A stretch of 64,000 nucleotides of DNA from Euglena gracilis (taxonomy: Eukaryota), in contig CP154954.1 in assembly GCA_039621445.1 (NCBI GenBank), positions 30,880,395 through 30,944,394 of the forward strand, in the 5' to 3' direction. Positions 46,788-60,170 of this stretch are shown here, in pieces (the stretch's first letter is position 1; each line of letters begins with the position of its first letter). Both the position numbers and the translations under genes were made by a program. Under the pieces are notes generated by a model that saw nothing but the letters and a program-made list of their open reading frames with translations, ran no database searches and had not been told where the DNA came from.

Positions 46788-49700
46788 TAAGAACCCTGCG
46801 TTAACAACAATGGTTCTGCCTGGGCTGTTAACGCAAAACTTTTTGTTCTGGCCCTGGGCTGCTGTCTGACGACACATAAATTTGCTGAAACCTGAAAAAT
46901 TTACTGGCCACATGCTAGCAGCTTTCATTCTTCGCATGACTATTTCCTTAATTATTGTGTTTTCAGCATTTTTTTCTCCCTCTGTTTCGCTTTCGTAAAC
47001 TGAGGGGTCTGGTTCATCATCACTGCTGTGCAGTGGAACCAGCTGTAAATTTTCTGGCCCTGCCACTGTGATGGGCCTTATGCATGTAATTGACCCCCTC
47101 TCTGAATCAGAATCAGATTCTGTTGTTTCTAAAAATTCTGAAGGCGAGAAAGTTTCAGCCTCAAAATTGATTTCTGCCACAGATTCCGTCATGATTCGCA
47201 ATGATGCCACAGGCCTCACCCCCCCCCCTATTCCCCCCCCCCAATTGGCTAGCTGGCCTCCAGGACAAGACCGGCCAATTTTGGCAAGGCCGCAAAAAGG
47301 GCTCAGAAAACCTCCAAAAATGTCCGTTTCCAAAATTTTAAAATTCGCCGGATAAGAAAAAACTATGCTCAAAAAATCAATAAATTTTGCACAGGGGGAA
47401 AAAAATTGGGGGTAGGGGTCCTCGAGCCCCCCCCCTAATTGTCCCCCCCCCTAATTGGCTGATTGGGGGTCTGAGGGAGCCCGGCCATTAGTCAAATAGG
47501 CGGGGGTGAGGGTCCTCGTGATAGGCACTAGCAAACTACGGCCGTGTGAGGCACACCCCAAGCAGGGGCCACGGCCTCGGTGACGCAGCGGGCTGGTGTG
47601 GAGGCTAGGTTGTCCACTTCGGGACCCCGGGACCCCCCTCCCCCCCCCTGTTCAGTTCACTTCGGAAGTGAACAGGGGGTCCCGAAACCCCCCCCCCCGT
47701 ATACCTGGATGTACCTGTTCACTTCAGGGAAAAAACCGAAAACCGGAACGACGGGCGAACACCGAAAAGGGCTCTTTTTCTATATCAGAAAAGAGGGGTC
47801 GGACACCGGTTCTGTCCTGAACCCGGCGTCCCGGACGTGACGCGTCCCGAACCCGGTCCTGAACAGGCGTCCTACCCCCCTTTTCTAAAATCAGCGTTTG
47901 AGAGACACCGCGTCCCCAACCTTCATCAAAGGACACTCCCAGGACCAATCTCCGACCATTAATCTGCAATGTTACGCTACTTTGGATTTCACCATTTTCC
48001 GACGATCGCGAGCTATCTCTGGCTGTGTCAGTCATTCAGGTACAAACTCACCCCTCGATCGAAAGCTCTTTTCATCAGACGACTAGTGATGACACCAAAT
48101 TTTGCCACGTCGCCTGGAGCTCTCATTTCCTGTCACTGGGAAATCCTAATTTCACAATCCTGGTACCCCCTGGATCCCTCAGACCATCAATTTGAAGACA
48201 CAAATCGTTTCTGTATGGTTCAGACTGCCTCTTGATCGAAACTGGATTGAAAATCACCACAAATTTCGACGAAGATTCTGGCCGATCCGACGATCGCGAG
48301 CGTATCTCGGGCTGCGTGCAACGTTAGGGTACCAAATTACCACTCGATCGAAAGCTCTTTTCAACAGACGACCAGCAGTGCCCATCAGATCTTTCCACGC
48401 TGCACAGTACTCTATTTCCAAATCTGGGGCAATTTTCACCAAATTTGGATATCCACCCTAGTGGTCCCCAAATGCCAAAATTCATTGTCCTAGATGGTTG
48501 AAACAGTCATACCAGGGCCTTAGGGCCACTTTTGGGCAGTTTTGGTGACATTTTTAGGAATGAAAACCGGACGCCGGGTTTTAGGACAGAACCGGCGTCC
48601 GGAAAACCCGTGGGGGGATGCCGGTTCTGTGCTGAACCCGACGTCTCAAACGCCGGTTTAAATAAAAAAATCGGCGCCTTCAGCGACGGACTCCCTCTCC
48701 CCCCCCTCTGTGAAGTCAACATGTCCAGTTCAGTTCGGAAGTGAACATGGGGGGTCGAGGACCCCCCCCATGTACCTGGGCTCCTGCGGTAAGGCTCTTG
48801 GGAGGGGAGTGTGTGCCGCGGACGAGCCTACAGCGGTAGGTAGCTGGCGCGTAGTACCAAGCTGAGTATCGCTCGAGTAGCTTGTTCGAGACCCAGGTCC
48901 TGCAATGTGAGTCCTGGTCGATCCCGTACCGGCAGAGGGCATAACGCGGGGATCGACCGGTGCACGCAACTGCTCGCGAGGACGTAGACGTTGATTGGCC
49001 GGATCTTGCGCATAGTTCCCTGCTTGCGGACTGCGGACGTGCCACGGCAAGTAATATGAGCTTCTGACCTGTGGCCGTGCAACAACCTACATCCAGCAGT
49101 ACAAAAGTGTCCAAAGCTCCTCTATCCCTCCATGTCACCTCTATGTCAAAACCAAAGGAAAATGACTCAATAAAGAAGAAAAAGAAAGAAGAAAGAATTT
49201 TTTTTGCAAGCAAAGGGGAAATACATGAAAAGTTTCAGAATTGCTCAATGTGGTCACATAACCGCGCCAACAACTTTCAAAACCACCAACCCACATGTTG
49301 TTTCTCATCCCCTCGCCGTTTTGCATGGGTTTTTATGCAAAATTGCCATTTTCTGAGCATATGGAGTGTTTTATGACCCTTTTTGTGGCACTTTTGGTAC
49401 ATTTTATAGACATAGAGGTCACATAGAGGAGGTAGAGGTAGAGGTGGTTGACATAGAGGTGGAGGCCTTTGAACTCTACCTCTACCTCTATGCAGCCCTG
49501 ATGTACCATCCCTTTCCTCCAGAGGTTCGGCAGCCACCCCCCCCCCTGGTGGTCGGAACCCCTCGACACGGCAAAATGGGGACCCCCCCCTGGTCAGCCA
49601 ATCCCCTCGGCGCGGTATGCCGAACCATGCCAATGTCCCTTTCTTTTCCTCACAGGGCTATGGATGCGGCAAGCAGTTCATCCACCGATGTTCAACCAGC

Positions 49701-50120
49701 ACCTTTGGAAACGTGTGATTTTTTGACCTCTCCCATCCTTCCCTCCCCTTTCATTCGTCACAGGGGCAGTGACAGCAACAGCAACAGTGAAGTGGAAATG
49801 GACATTAAAGGTGTTATCGAGGGAGTGGACGGGGTCCAATTTGTGGATGCAGAAGACGATAGCAACGCTTTGGAAGATGTGGGTGAAGTTGCTGAGTGTA
49901 CGGACGTCATTGACGAGGCAGCAGAGGAGGCTGCAGCCAGTTCAGAAAGACTGATGGGAGGTGACTTTTGCTGCCACCCCCAGGTATTTTTTAAAGATTC
50001 GGGAATCCCCCCCCCCAGTAGTTCTGGATTTCTGGACATTCTGGTCTGCCCACAGCATTGGCAGTGGAACAGGCCCAGCAGCTTGAACTTGGTCAGAGGG
50101 TTTTACGAGGAAGCTCGGTC

Positions 50121-51965
50121 TGTTTGTTTGGCTGGGGTTGCTGAAATTTACACAAATACTATCCCTATCTGATAATTCCCCCCCCCCCATGGAGCCAGAA
50201 ACCAGGTCGGGGAAAATTATCAACAAGTTTGTCATTTCCTCAGGTTTTTTCATGCCTGTCAAGGCTTGCTTGAAAGTTCATGGAAAGTCCCGGGGTCTTC
50301 GCCGCAGGTGAACCGGCAGGGCGGAAAGAGCCATTTTTCATGTCTCCTTTGCTTGACCGAATGTATTTTTTTTGGGGGGGGGATTATCAGACAGTTTGAC
50401 CGAATGTATTTTTGGGGGGGGGATTATCAGACAGTTGACCATTTCCAAAATTTCGGCCCAGAGTGGGGGGGGAATTACCCCCCCCCCCATATTGTCCCAC
50501 CAACCTCTCCCCAGGAGGCCCGACGGGACAATATGGGGGGGGGACAATATGGGGGTACCAAAGGAAATTTCATTGACCGAGCCAAAAAAACCCCTCGTCG
50601 GCCGGGCCGAGGGACAATATGGGGGGGGGACAATATGGGGGGGGGGGGGGGGGTATCCACCAGGGAAAATTCTCAAATAGGTATAGTATCAATCCTCTGC
50701 CTTGGACAATCATACAAATTGTGGCCCCGTCATTAATTTTTCTGCCAATAATCCTGCTCATAAAAATTGTGGCCCTGCCGTTTTTCTCCCCCTGAACACA
50801 ATCCTCTGCCCTGGATGAGGCTTTGGCAATGGCCCTTCAGCGTGGGGCACATATTCTCCCCCTAAGGTGTGGTGTTGACAGGACCAGGGCATCATTTGGG
50901 TTGCGTGCCTCCACCCTGCGGGGGGGGGGGGATGGGAATCCTGAAACCTTCTGGCGTCACATCAGTTTGATACAGAATTTTTTACAGTCCTTCTTCCCGG
51001 GGGGGGGGGCCTGGCCCGACCCCCCCGGGGGGAGGGGGTCGGGCCAGGTGTTTGTTTGGCTGGGGTTGCTGAAATTTACACAAATACTATCCCTATCTGA
51101 TAATTCCCCCCCCCATGGAGCCAGAAACCAGGTCGGGGAAAATTATCAACAAGTTTGTCATTTCCTCAGGTTTTTTCATGCCTGTCAAGGCTTCCTTGAA
51201 AGTTCATGGAAAGTCCCGGGGTCTTCGCCGCAGGTGAACCGGCAGGGCCATTTTTCATGTCTCCTTTGCTTGACCGAATGTATTTTTTTTGGGGGGGGGA
51301 TTATCAGACAGTTTGACCGAATGTATTTTTGAGGGGGGGATTATCAGACAGTTGACCATTTCCAAAATTTCGGCCCAGAGTGGGGGGGGAATTACCACCC
51401 CCCCCCCCATATTGTCCCACCAACCTCTCCCCAGGAGGCCCGACGGGACAATATGGGGGGGGGGACAATATGGGGGTACCAAAGGAAATTTCATTGACCG
51501 AGCCAAAAAAACCCCTCGTCGGCCGGGCCGAGGGACAATATGGGGGGGGGACAATATGGGGGGGGGGGGGTATCCACCAGGGAAAATTCTCAAATAGGTA
51601 TAGTATCAATCCTCTGCCTTGGACAATCATACAAATTGTGGCCCCGTCATTAATTTTTCTGCCAATAATCCTGCTCATAAAAATTGTGGCCCTGCCGTTT
51701 TTCTCCCCCTGAACACAATCCTCTGCCCTGGATGAGGCTTTGGCAATGGCCCTTCAGCGTGGGGCACATATTCTCCCCCTAAGGTGTGGTGTTGACAGGA
51801 CCAGGGCATCATTTGGGTTGCGTGCCTCCACCCTGCGGGGGGGGGGATGGGAATCCTGAAACCTTCTGGCGTCACATCAGTTTGATACAGAATTTTTTAC
51901 AATCCTTCTTCCCGGGGGGGGGGGCCTGGCCCGACCCCCCCGGGGGGAGGGGGTCGGGCCAGGTG
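50121..51965 (+). repeat. Near-identical tandem duplication, unit ~0.92 kb
   Basis: 50121-51050 is repeated at 51049-51965; differences are mostly homopolymer lengths plus one ~9-bp indel. Confidence 0.95.
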
Positions 51966-51999
51966 GCAACACCCCCCCAGGTCCTAAAAAACCTCTCTG
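51888..51999. mobile_element. 112-bp hAT-type MITE
   Basis: CAGA...TCTG; perfect TSD GTTTGATA. Confidence 0.8.
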
Positions 52000-54900
52000 G
52001 TTTGATAAGAAAAAAAAAACCAAAACATTTTTCGAAATTTTGGCCGTTTTCCTCCCCCCTCCCCCGCCAGACGACAGGGTTCCTGCCCTGTGTTTGCAAG
52101 TGACGTCCTGTACAGAACAAAGAAGTTGTTCAAGTAGCTTATCGATGTTACAACGAGTTGATGGTAAGGTTGGATTGGCGAGCCTCCCCTTCTTCGCATC
52201 AATATGCTGAACTGCAGGCTTTTTTTTTTCAGTGGTCTTGGATTGGTTACGTTCGAAAAAAATTTTCTGCTGAAAATTCATGCGTTTTTTAAAGGCCAAA
52301 ACGGGGAATTTTTGTGGTTTGGCGGGGGCCAGCCCCCATTGGTATAGAAACCGGGGGGGGGGGGGACAGGGGGCGGCCCCCGAGATTTTTTTGCCCCCCC
52401 CGATAATTTGTTGACTCAAATTGTTTCGCACCCCCCCCGAAAAAAAGTTACCCTCCAAATTTTTTTGCAGTTTGTGAAAAAATTCTTTCAGATTAAGAAC
52501 CCAACTTTTCTTTGAACTTTTGGGTGTTTTTGCTGTTGGACATCGCTACCGTCTCGTCGCCTTTCGGGCGGCCAAACAAGCCCAAAACTCATGGGTTGGA
52601 GCAAAGCCGGCAGTAAAAAAAAAAGGGTTTTTTGGTTTTTTTGTGGTTTTTTTTAAAAAAGCAAAAAAAAAGGCCAGCGAGGGTTTGGGGGAAAATTTTT
52701 TGAAAATAATTTTGAAGAATTTCTTTAAATGGACACCCAAAAGCTGTAATGTTTGCATGTTTATGGAATCTTTATCCCTTTTAGAGCCCTTTTTCATGCC
52801 TGGCCGATATGAGGATGTTGTTTGGAGGTGCTTCGTGAAGTCGAAGGCCGATGGGAAATCGTACTACGTGGGTACTTGCAAGTGCCCACGGAGATGGTAG
52901 CGCCTATGTCAAATTTCCTTTTTTTTAAAAAAAAATAGTTTTTTGCCGTTTTTTTTTAAAAAAACACGTTTTTTGTTGTTGTTTTTTTTAATTAAAAACA
53001 CGCCAGCTCTGGGTTGGAGGGGAAAAATGTCTTCCTTTTTTTCATTTTGGGGTTGTTGTTTGTGAACATATCCACTGCCATCTCGCTTCCCTTTGGTGGA
53101 AACAGGAAACACATGTATCTTGACTAGGCTTGTGACGTTCAATTTTAAAAGAGCAAACCATTTCTGTTGATAAATTTGGCTCTTTTTGGGGAAGCTTTTT
53201 GGAAAATTGCACTACCGTCCAGCCGCCCTTTAGGCGGTAATCGATTTTTTTGTTCCATTCCGGGGGTGGGTTTTGGGAGGTAACCTCTTTTTCGCATTTT
53301 GCACTCGTTTGATATCCCAAAGCACAAAAGGCAACAGTCTTGCCGCCCGTTGGCAGCTTGAAAGCTTCCAAATTGTGATGGATTTGTGCCATGATGTCAA
53401 ACAATTGCCACATTTTATTTGTTTTGGCGGCAAAAGGAAAACAAAACACATACAACATTGGTGCAGGGGGTTATTTAGTCGTGGACCCCTGGTAGGGTGG
53501 GTGGGTTTGGCAGAGCTCCCCCCCCCGGGTCCCCCCATGAGGGAGTGGGATATACTTTTCGGCGCCGAAGGCACCAAAATTTTTTGAAAAAGTGCTATTT
53601 TTGGAATTTTTATGTTTATGGCCGGCGCTAACTTCGCTTTTGGCGCAGGATCTCCCCCCCCCCCCCCCCGAGAAAAAATTGTTTCAACACCACTGCCAGC
53701 CCCCCCCCCTCCCGAAAAAGAATCCTAGTCTCTCCACCTCCCACTGCACCGCGACTGGTCCTCCTCCTCCCCCCCCACTAAGCCGTTCATTCAGGAAAAT
53801 GCCTGCCACCGCATATCTTCCCAACTGCCTTGTTTTGAACTCGACCAATCGCTTCCCTGGCTTTTTTGACGATTTGCCTATTCCTGGCAGGATTGGATAA
53901 AAAGAACAAACACTGGCCAGAATTGTGTAAGAACGGAAAAACTGCCACCCATTTCTTTCGACCTGTCGGCGGCTTTCGCTGGCAGCCAAAAATTGCCAGA
54001 AAGCTCAAATCACAAAGTCGCGGGTGACAGCCAATCAGTTGGGACCCGCGATAGAGATTAGAAGCGGGTCAAATTATGAAGCTTCTTAAAATTTGTGTCT
54101 TTTTGCAAAACTTGAAGGGTTTTCCCCAATACTTGGCAAAGAAGGGATACTTTGGAATTGGATTTCATTGTTTTATCACCGCCTCTCCCTATACAACCTC
54201 TTTGCCTTCCACTCCTAGCCCCATTCCCAGGTTTGTTTTTTGTTCACATTCACAGTCACTCTCACAGGTTTCCCTCAAGTGTGATTGCTTCCTAAAGTGG
54301 GTTGGTTTGGAATTGTGGGTTGGTTTTGTCTTCAAGGTGTGCAAGAGAGTGTGAGAGATATGGTGAGAGAGAGGACGAGAGAGAAGTGAGAGTTTCATAC
54401 AAAATGGCAGATTTTTCGATTTTCACAAAAATTTCAGAAACCGCTAAAAAAAACGATCCTACGTGCCGGCTGGGGTAGGAGAAAAACCCTGGGTGAAAAA
54501 AAGGGAGTTGGCCTGAGCCAGCCCACCAACCCCCGGAGAAAGCGCAGGCCCCACCCCGGACACACCACCCCCCTTGCTGTCGGTGGTTATCCACGACGGC
54601 GAGCCCCCCCCCCCCCGGGCCCACGGCCCACCGGGACTCGCCGGTCGCGGAGGTGACCGGCGGCTTACAGGGGTGGGACCAGTAAAATGGTTAGCAGAGG
54701 TCGGCTCACTGACTCTGTCCTTCCGGGCGCGGTGGGGTCATGCTCTGATCTCCGGTTTGTGTGGCATTGGACGGGCTCCCTCTGCTACCATGGATGTAGG
54801 TTGTTGCCACCCGCCGTGGACAGCCAGAGGTCAGAAGCTTATACCACTCGTCGTGGCACGTCTGTAGGCGGGGAACGACACGCAAGATCCGGCCAAACAA

Positions 54901-56374
54901 TGTCTACGTCCTCGCGCACAGTTGCGTGCGCCGGTCGATCCCCGCATTACGGGCTAGGGCCATAATAACTAGGACACTTATCTCGCATGGACGTTAAATC
55001 TCGAAGGAATTAAAGCTTAATTCCTCAATTTTTCCAGCCTCCGCGGATTTAATTCCGCAAGGTATTCCATTCCATTCGGAGAATAGCAAAAGTTAACGCG
55101 GTCATCTGGGCCAAACAAATACCACTGCCAAACTGAAAACACGCCTTTGCTGATTTCCTCTCCAGGAGCTCAGGAAGTCCAAAAAGATGAAGCAATTTTT
55201 GGTTTCAAGGAACGAGAAGTCGACCCACTCAGCTGTGGTACTTAGGCGAATATAATGAAGACTTTGAGGTACCTGAGTCACATTACGTGGGTGGGTGTTA
55301 AGGCATAAGGATGGGATGCCTGTACTGGCAAGGGGCAGACCAATGAACTCGTCACAAGAGGAAGCAAAAATTGTGTACGAGGCAGTTGTCTACCTGAGAA
55401 CAAAAGTTAGTACGGTGGACAGGGAGGTGCTGCAGCTGCTGGGGGAATAAGCTATGGTGAAATGCCAAAAACGTACACCTTCTGTCCTACCGGGGGCCGA
55501 CAATTACCGCGGGTGGGTAATTCCCGCTTCGGCTTAAACGCGGCCATCTTAGGCGCGTTGTATTACCGCGCGCTCCAAGGCCGAAGCGCGCTAATACCAT
55601 GCCCCCCCCTTACTGTTCCCGTCCCGTGGCCCCCTTTTGGGTTCATGGGAACAGTAAAGGGGGGGGACGGTAAGGGGGGGGGGACGAGCTCCCCCCCCTC
55701 CCATGGGCCATGAACAAACTCAACCAAGTTTGACCCAAAAGGCCACCTAAAATGCCAAAATGAAGCCTTTTTGGTTTACATGCTTGAAAATTGCACCTGC
55801 ACAACATCCATTTTGGCATTGGGTTGGATTTTGGTGGGATTGAGAGCACCTAAAACCGACCAAAAAATTCCCCTTTTTTGCCTTGTGTTCCAAGAATCCT
55901 TCACAAAAAGTGCTATGATACTGTACTGTTCCCGTCCCCCCAGTGGGAACAGTAAGGGGGGGGAACAGTAAAGGGGGGGCATGGTAAACCCCGCGGTAAT
56001 AAACCCTGCGCTATTACCTAAATCGCGGAAGAATGCGCCATTCCGCTTTGACACCATTTGACAACATTACATGTTCACCTCCCCGGACAACTCAAGCACA
56101 TCCCACACAAGAGCCTTATGGAGGAACCTCCGGAGCCAAAGGCATGGGCAAAAGACTGAAGACAATACTAGAAAGGAAGGCAGCAGGAAGTTGTCAGAAA
56201 ACACGCCGGCTCCCCCAAAAAGTCGAGGACATGGAACAAGGACTCTCTCTCACCCTCTCACCACGCACGAGACAAGTGTTTCTCCCTCAAAATGGGATCA
56301 AGCATTGCTGTGAGAAGTGAACTACATTATCCTTCTCCCCCAAAAGTCGAGGACATGGAACAAGGACTCTCTAC

Positions 56375-57143
56375 CAGACTAGCCTGAAATCCGGTTCGTG
56401 ATTGTTCGTGATTGTTCGTGATTGTTCGTGATTGTTCGTGCTTCCAAAAAACCGCCCGGTTTTCTGTTTTCCTTGGCCAAATTGGTCATTCCTCTTGTAC
56501 TTTGGCCTCTTGTGCCTCCTTTAATTTAAATATTCAGGTCAATGGGGAAAGCAAAAGATCAACGAGGAGGTCACTGCAGCTTGGCGCAAATACACTTCAG
56601 CTCTTTTCAGTTCTCACAAAATCGACAGACGTGATGTATGCTGTAGCTTGGTTCTTTGGGCAACCACCATGAGCTAAAGTTTGGGTTTTCCCATCTTTTG
56701 ATGATTCTTGGCATCGACGAGACTGGTGAGGCTGAACGACCGTTCCACAGCGGCGGAGGGGACAATGCCAATGAACATCTTGCTAACAATATGGGAAGTA
56801 CAAAAACGAAGGACAGATCTCTATGACGATTTCACTTCCATCACTCCACCAAACTGAAAAAGGTGACAAAAACAGGGAAATCAAAACAAGACAGGTATGA
56901 CACCTGGGCAGCACCCTTTTGAGGAGTCATTTTGCCACCTCTCTTTCAAGATCTTTCTTCTTTGGTTGATTGAACGGCACCGTCCTTTTCAGAAGAAGAC
57001 ATTTCTGCAAAGGTGACGAAAAAATCCGGTTCGTGATTGTTCGTGATTGTTCGCGATTGTTCGTGATTTTGCCAAAGTCCCAAGTTCGTGCTGGTTCGTG
57101 ATTGTTCGTGATTGTTCGTGGCACGAACCGGTGAAAAACCCTG
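56375..57143. mobile_element. hAT-type MITE with (GTTCGTGATT)n subterminal arrays
   Basis: CAG...CTG; perfect TSD CTCTCTAC. Confidence 0.8.
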
Positions 57144-57727
57144 CTCTCTACACACCATGGACACCATCTCAAGGACTCCGCACCCTGTTGCCCACGGCTG
57201 AATTCCGCTGCACACTTCGTTGGTCCCTCGGAATGTCTCTCACACCAATGGAATCCGATCCCAACCTCTGTCCCAAATGCTTTGGACCATCAGATTTTCT
57301 CGGACACCACCTCGTTTGGTGCAAATCAAACTTCATTACCCGGCGGCACGGGGCGGTCCAAGATTTTCTGACAACCACGACACAGAAGGCAGGATTTACA
57401 GCCCGTAAAGAACAACGAGCTGATGACCGTTCCCGGCCAGGGGACATCTTCATTCCTCGCTTGGACAGTGATGGACCCGTTGCAGTGGATGTGACAATCC
57501 GCCACACCCTTGCGCAAAGTCATCCGCCGCGGAGTGCAGAGAGCCTTTCACACTGGCAAACACGTCAGGAGGCAGAAAAGCATGCCAAATATGACGCAAC
57601 GTGCCAACGACAGGGCTGGCGGTTGATGCCATTTGTCATGGATTGCTACGGGGGCATGGGACAAGAAGCGCGCTCCTTGATTGCCACCCTCCTCAAGGCC
57701 CTTCTGGGGCAGCGGGAGGGGTGGCAA
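57144..57727 (+). pseudogene. 3' fragment of a second CRE-like element (CCHC plus PD-(D/E)xK restriction-like endonuclease)
   Basis: CPKC..H..C, RRHGAV, RPGDI, VAVDVT, EAEKHAKY and PFVMDCYGG motifs; no RT attached. Confidence 0.88.
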
Positions 57728-58254
57728 ATTTTCTGGCTGAGAAAGCGGAATTGTATTTTTTAAGATTTTTGAATTTGTTGGGAACCCCCGACCCTCACGG
57801 CTGTGTTGCCCGGGGGGGGGGGGAGATTGGTTGGTTATCACGGATATTGTGATTCGGTTTGGCGGCTCGGCTCGGATGTTGTGTGGCTGACTTTGGGTTT
57901 GGAGATTGGAATTCCTGGTTGGATTTGTTGAGGGCTTTTGCAGGCCTTGCTTTTGTGGAGGATTCATTTGTGTTGGAAAAACCTGGGATTTGATTGTTTC
58001 CCAAAAAAGAAAACCGAGTTCGGATTTTGCAGACTTCGGTTTGGATTTTGAGAACTGTGATTTTCATGGAACATTCGAACTCGGGGGGAGCGGTGGACCC
58101 TCCTTAGTTCAGGCCCTGGTGTGTGGGCCATTTTCTGGGAGCCACGTGTTGCGGCTGAGGGCCAAACGGATGCCCTGTGATTTTTTGTTCATTTTTTTGG
58201 TGGGCCAAAGGCAATGGTTATGCCCCCGTGCTGGAGTGCCACATTACCTGCAAG

Positions 58255-58886
58255 CAGGGTTGGGCAATTAACCGTTATTTTTGGGGTCAAGCGATTAACC
58301 ATGGTTAACTGGGGGTCAACAAGCGATTAACCAATTTTCGATTAACTGTGCCTTTCCCTCGATTAATCTCGATTAACCGCCCTACCCTTGAGTAGTGTTG
58401 TGCACCTTGCCAAATTGGTGCCTGAAAACATCATCCCCAAACCAGAGCTTAGACTCTCATTCATTGGATGGATCATGAACCAAACAAACGAAAAAAATAA
58501 AAACCACACGGATCTCTGTTGCCGAGTCTAATGGGTCAGATAGCCAAGTTGGCGTAAATTCATTCGCACAAACATGAGTGCATCAACGGAGCAATCACGA
58601 AGGCGATTGCGCAAATCACTGGGGTCGGAGCTTCTTTCATCTGATGGCAATTACCACCCCTCCTCGAAGGGTTATGTTCGGTGTTGCAGTTGAAAATTGC
58701 CTCTTTTCCAAAAGGGAACTTCGATTAACCCACACAACGAGGTCTATCCCCCACCCGGTGTCTAAGTCCCCAAAGGGTAGAGAAATGTTCCCAAACCCAA
58801 GACATCTTTGATTTCTGCCAAAAAAAGGTCGATTAACTGGGGGGCCACAAGCGATTAACCGTTTTTCGATTAACCATCCAACCCTG
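58255..58886. mobile_element. hAT-type MITE with GATTAAC subterminal repeats
   Basis: CAGGGTTGG...CCAACCCTG; perfect TSD CCTGCAAG. Confidence 0.9.
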
Positions 58887-60170
58887 CCTGCAAGTTCACC
58901 ACCATCCAGACGAAGTTTAGATGAAGTGACTTGGGCCATGCGTGGGGAACAATCAGGACTCAGGATTTGCCAAGCGAATTCCCACAGGTGTTTTTGTTTG
59001 CCCTCCCATGGGGGGTGGTTCGGGTCACGGGGGGGTCACGGGGGGGGGGGGTCGCGGGGGGGGTCACGGGGGGAACACCACGTTTTTGGTAAGAAAATTA
59101 GGAATCACCGAGCCTGAATTTTTGGGAAAAATTTCCACAAATTAGGAATCCCCACACCCAAAATTAGGATTTTGACACCAAATTAGGAATCACCAAGCCA
59201 AAATTTGAAAAATTTACGCCTCAAGAAGGAATCTGCCTGAGAATTTTATCAAATTAACGTGACCCCCCCCTTATATGGCACCCCCCAGGGAGCGTTTTGA
59301 CCCCCCCTGGCGACAATTAGGGGTGGGTGACAATTAGGGGTGGGGGTACTCAATTTACCCTACATGTCCATGGGTCCATGGGCACCCCCACCCCTAATTG
59401 TCGCCCCCCAAGGGGAGGGGCGACAATTAGGGGTGGGTGACATATAGGGGGGGGGGTCACGTTAGGCATCACCGGCCAAAAATTTTCCATAAAAAAATTC
59501 GCCGAAAACGGTCCTTGTTCGGGTCACGGGGGGGTCACACACGGGGGGAACACCCCCCCAGATCGTCCCGTTTCAGCCCCCCCCCCCCGAACCAAGTGCC
59601 GTTTTTGCCCCAGTTCTGCCCTCAAGATCTGACACCACAGCAATGAAGTGGCTTTCCGGGTCCTACCTCAAAACAAAGCACATTGCCGATTTTTCAGGCA
59701 CTTTTTCAGGCATTGAGGCACTCAACTGACATCCCACAATGCCCCAGAACGCTCCCAATGTCCGCAGCCATGCCAACGCCCCCACGATAATGTCGCGTGT
59801 TTCTGCTTCCATGAAGCAGAATTCCGCTTCATCGACGCCAGTACTTAACTTTTTGATGGTATCCTTGTTGGGTAAGTTGTCTATACAGCAGGTCTGCTTG
59901 AGAACTTTCAATAGCAATCTGTCCAATTTATGGACTTAACCATTAATACAACCCAAACGTTTGTGGACCAACCCCGGGGGGATCTCAAAGTGCCAGAAGT
60001 GCCTGGGGAGGCAGTACTTTTTTTTTCTTGGCGGGAAGGTCTTCATTTTTCAAAGTTCAAAGGATCTTGATTTCACACGATGTTTGACTACACCACCTAC
60101 CTCACCTTTCCTCATCTCTGTCTATCGACGATTCGGTATTCATCCTCTCCCCCCTCCCCGGTGGCAAACC

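Noticed and set aside
56395-57125. Regular 10-bp repeats suggesting a CRISPR-like array
   Set aside because: No unique spacers; these are subterminal repeats of a MITE with an 8-bp TSD.
59961-60170. N-terminal extension of the 947-aa ORF
   Set aside because: Non-ATG start through low-complexity sequence; the ATG at 60171 is more plausible.
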